36,816 nt of DNA, taken from contig DVGY01000078.1 in the NCBI GenBank assembly GCA_018712465.1, positions 1 through 36,816 on the forward strand, given 5' to 3'. The notes under the pieces were generated by a model that saw only the letters and a list, made by a program, of their open reading frames with translations, was not told where the DNA came from and made no database searches. Source of the stretch: Candidatus Egerieicola pullicola. Lineage in GTDB: Bacteria > Bacillota > Clostridia > Oscillospirales > Ruminococcaceae. This document shows, piece by piece, positions 36,135 to 36,816 of this stretch. How positions within the stretch are numbered: the stretch's first letter is position 1; the number at the start of each line of letters is the position of its first letter. Both the position numbers and the translations under genes were made by a program.

Positions 36135-36816
36135 TTATGAATGGTCTTTCGATTGATCCTGATCCCGGATCGGCAGGGTGATGGTGATGGATAGGCCATG
36201 GTCATTGCCGGCAACAATGGTGCCGCCATGGGCTTCCACAATCTGTTTGGCAATGGAAAGTCCAAGTCCACTGCCCTCGCTGGGATTGTTCCGGGAAGGA
36301 TCCGCCCGGTAAAACCGCTGGAACAGCTTGTCGATGGATTCTTCCGGCACGCCGTTGCCGTCGTCGGCAAAGCAGAGCACCGCATTTTTTTCCACCGCCG
36401 ACAAGGTAATAGTGAGATTGCCGGTGTCCCGCGGTTTGTATTTGATGCTGTTGCTGATAATGTTGTTGAAGACACGTTCCATTTCCGCTACGCTCAGCCG
36501 CAGATAAGCAGGGGCTTCCATTTTATCTTCATAATGAAGGGCCATGCCCTGCTGGGCACAGTCATAGACCCGAGAGGAAACGTACCCTTTCATATATTCC
36601 CGAATCTCCACTAATTCAAAGTGGAAGGGGTATTTGCCGGTGTCTAATTTTGAAAAGAGGAACAGGCTGTCTACTAAGCGGTTTAAATCTTCGGTTTTTA
36701 CCGCTAACGTGTCCAGATACCGTTTTTGCTTTTCCGGGGTGTTGGCTACTCCGTCCCGCAATCCTTCAATGTACCCTTTGATAGAGGTAATGGGGGTGCG
36801 CAGATCGTGGGCCATA
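36135..36816 (-). CDS. sensor histidine kinase, C-terminal part (5' end beyond the window)
   Basis: H-box AHDLRTPITSIKGY, N-box NIISNSIKY, G1 DDGNGVP, G2 GSGLGLSIAK. The reading frame stays open to the window edge. Confidence 0.9.
   Translation of the reverse strand, partial: MAHDLRTPITSIKGYIEGLRDGVANTPEKQKRYLDTLAVKTEDLNRLVDSLFLFSKLDTGKYPFHFELVEIREYMKGYVSSRVYDCAQQGMALHYEDKMEAPAYLRLSVAEMERVFNNIISNSIKYKPRDTGNLTITLSAVEKNAVLCFADDGNGVPEESIDKLFQRFYRADPSRNNPSEGSGLGLSIAKQIVEAHGGTIVAGNDHGLSITITLPIRDQDQSKDHS

Overview
This window is the chromosomal replication-origin region of a Bacillota (Clostridia-like) genome, followed by about 15 kb of mixed housekeeping and accessory genes. The left arm is all on the minus strand: serS (5' part), parB, parA/soj, noc, rsmG, mnmG, mnmE, jag, yidC, yidD, rnpA, rpmH. 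The right arm is all on the plus strand up to about 22.6 kb: dnaA, oriC spacer with an AT-rich unwinding element, dnaN, yaaA (S4), recF, remB (DUF370), gyrB, two YcxB-like membrane proteins, gyrA, and a DUF5050-like protein. After a bidirectional terminator the orientation becomes mixed: prs and glmU (-), ppdK (+), punA and mtaD (-), a DUF1292 protein, a small coiled-coil ORF, purA and a membrane protein (+). The window ends with a minus-strand four-gene unit: histidine kinase (cut by the window end), OmpR-type response regulator, a Gly/Ser/Phe/Trp-repeat protein, and a DUF6734-like putative glycosyltransferase. I found no rRNA, tRNA, CRISPR array, transposase or integrase. Many long ORFs in the track are codon-aligned antisense shadows of real genes and are rejected. 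Main second-look items: (1) A 10-mer, AGTTTTCAAC, occurs six times, only in the three origin-associated intergenic regions. It sits where DnaA boxes are expected, and the DnaA recognition helix is non-canonical (GRNHATI instead of GRDHTTV). (2) The terminal kinase/regulator operon carries an FG-like low-complexity protein and a GT-like enzyme, with an AT-rich 3' flank. (3) gyrB and gyrA are split by two YcxB-like genes. (4) mtaD and punA are translationally coupled. (5) ppdK has a structured leader. Most of the window is ordinary core genome, and I cannot claim a validated novel system from sequence alone.
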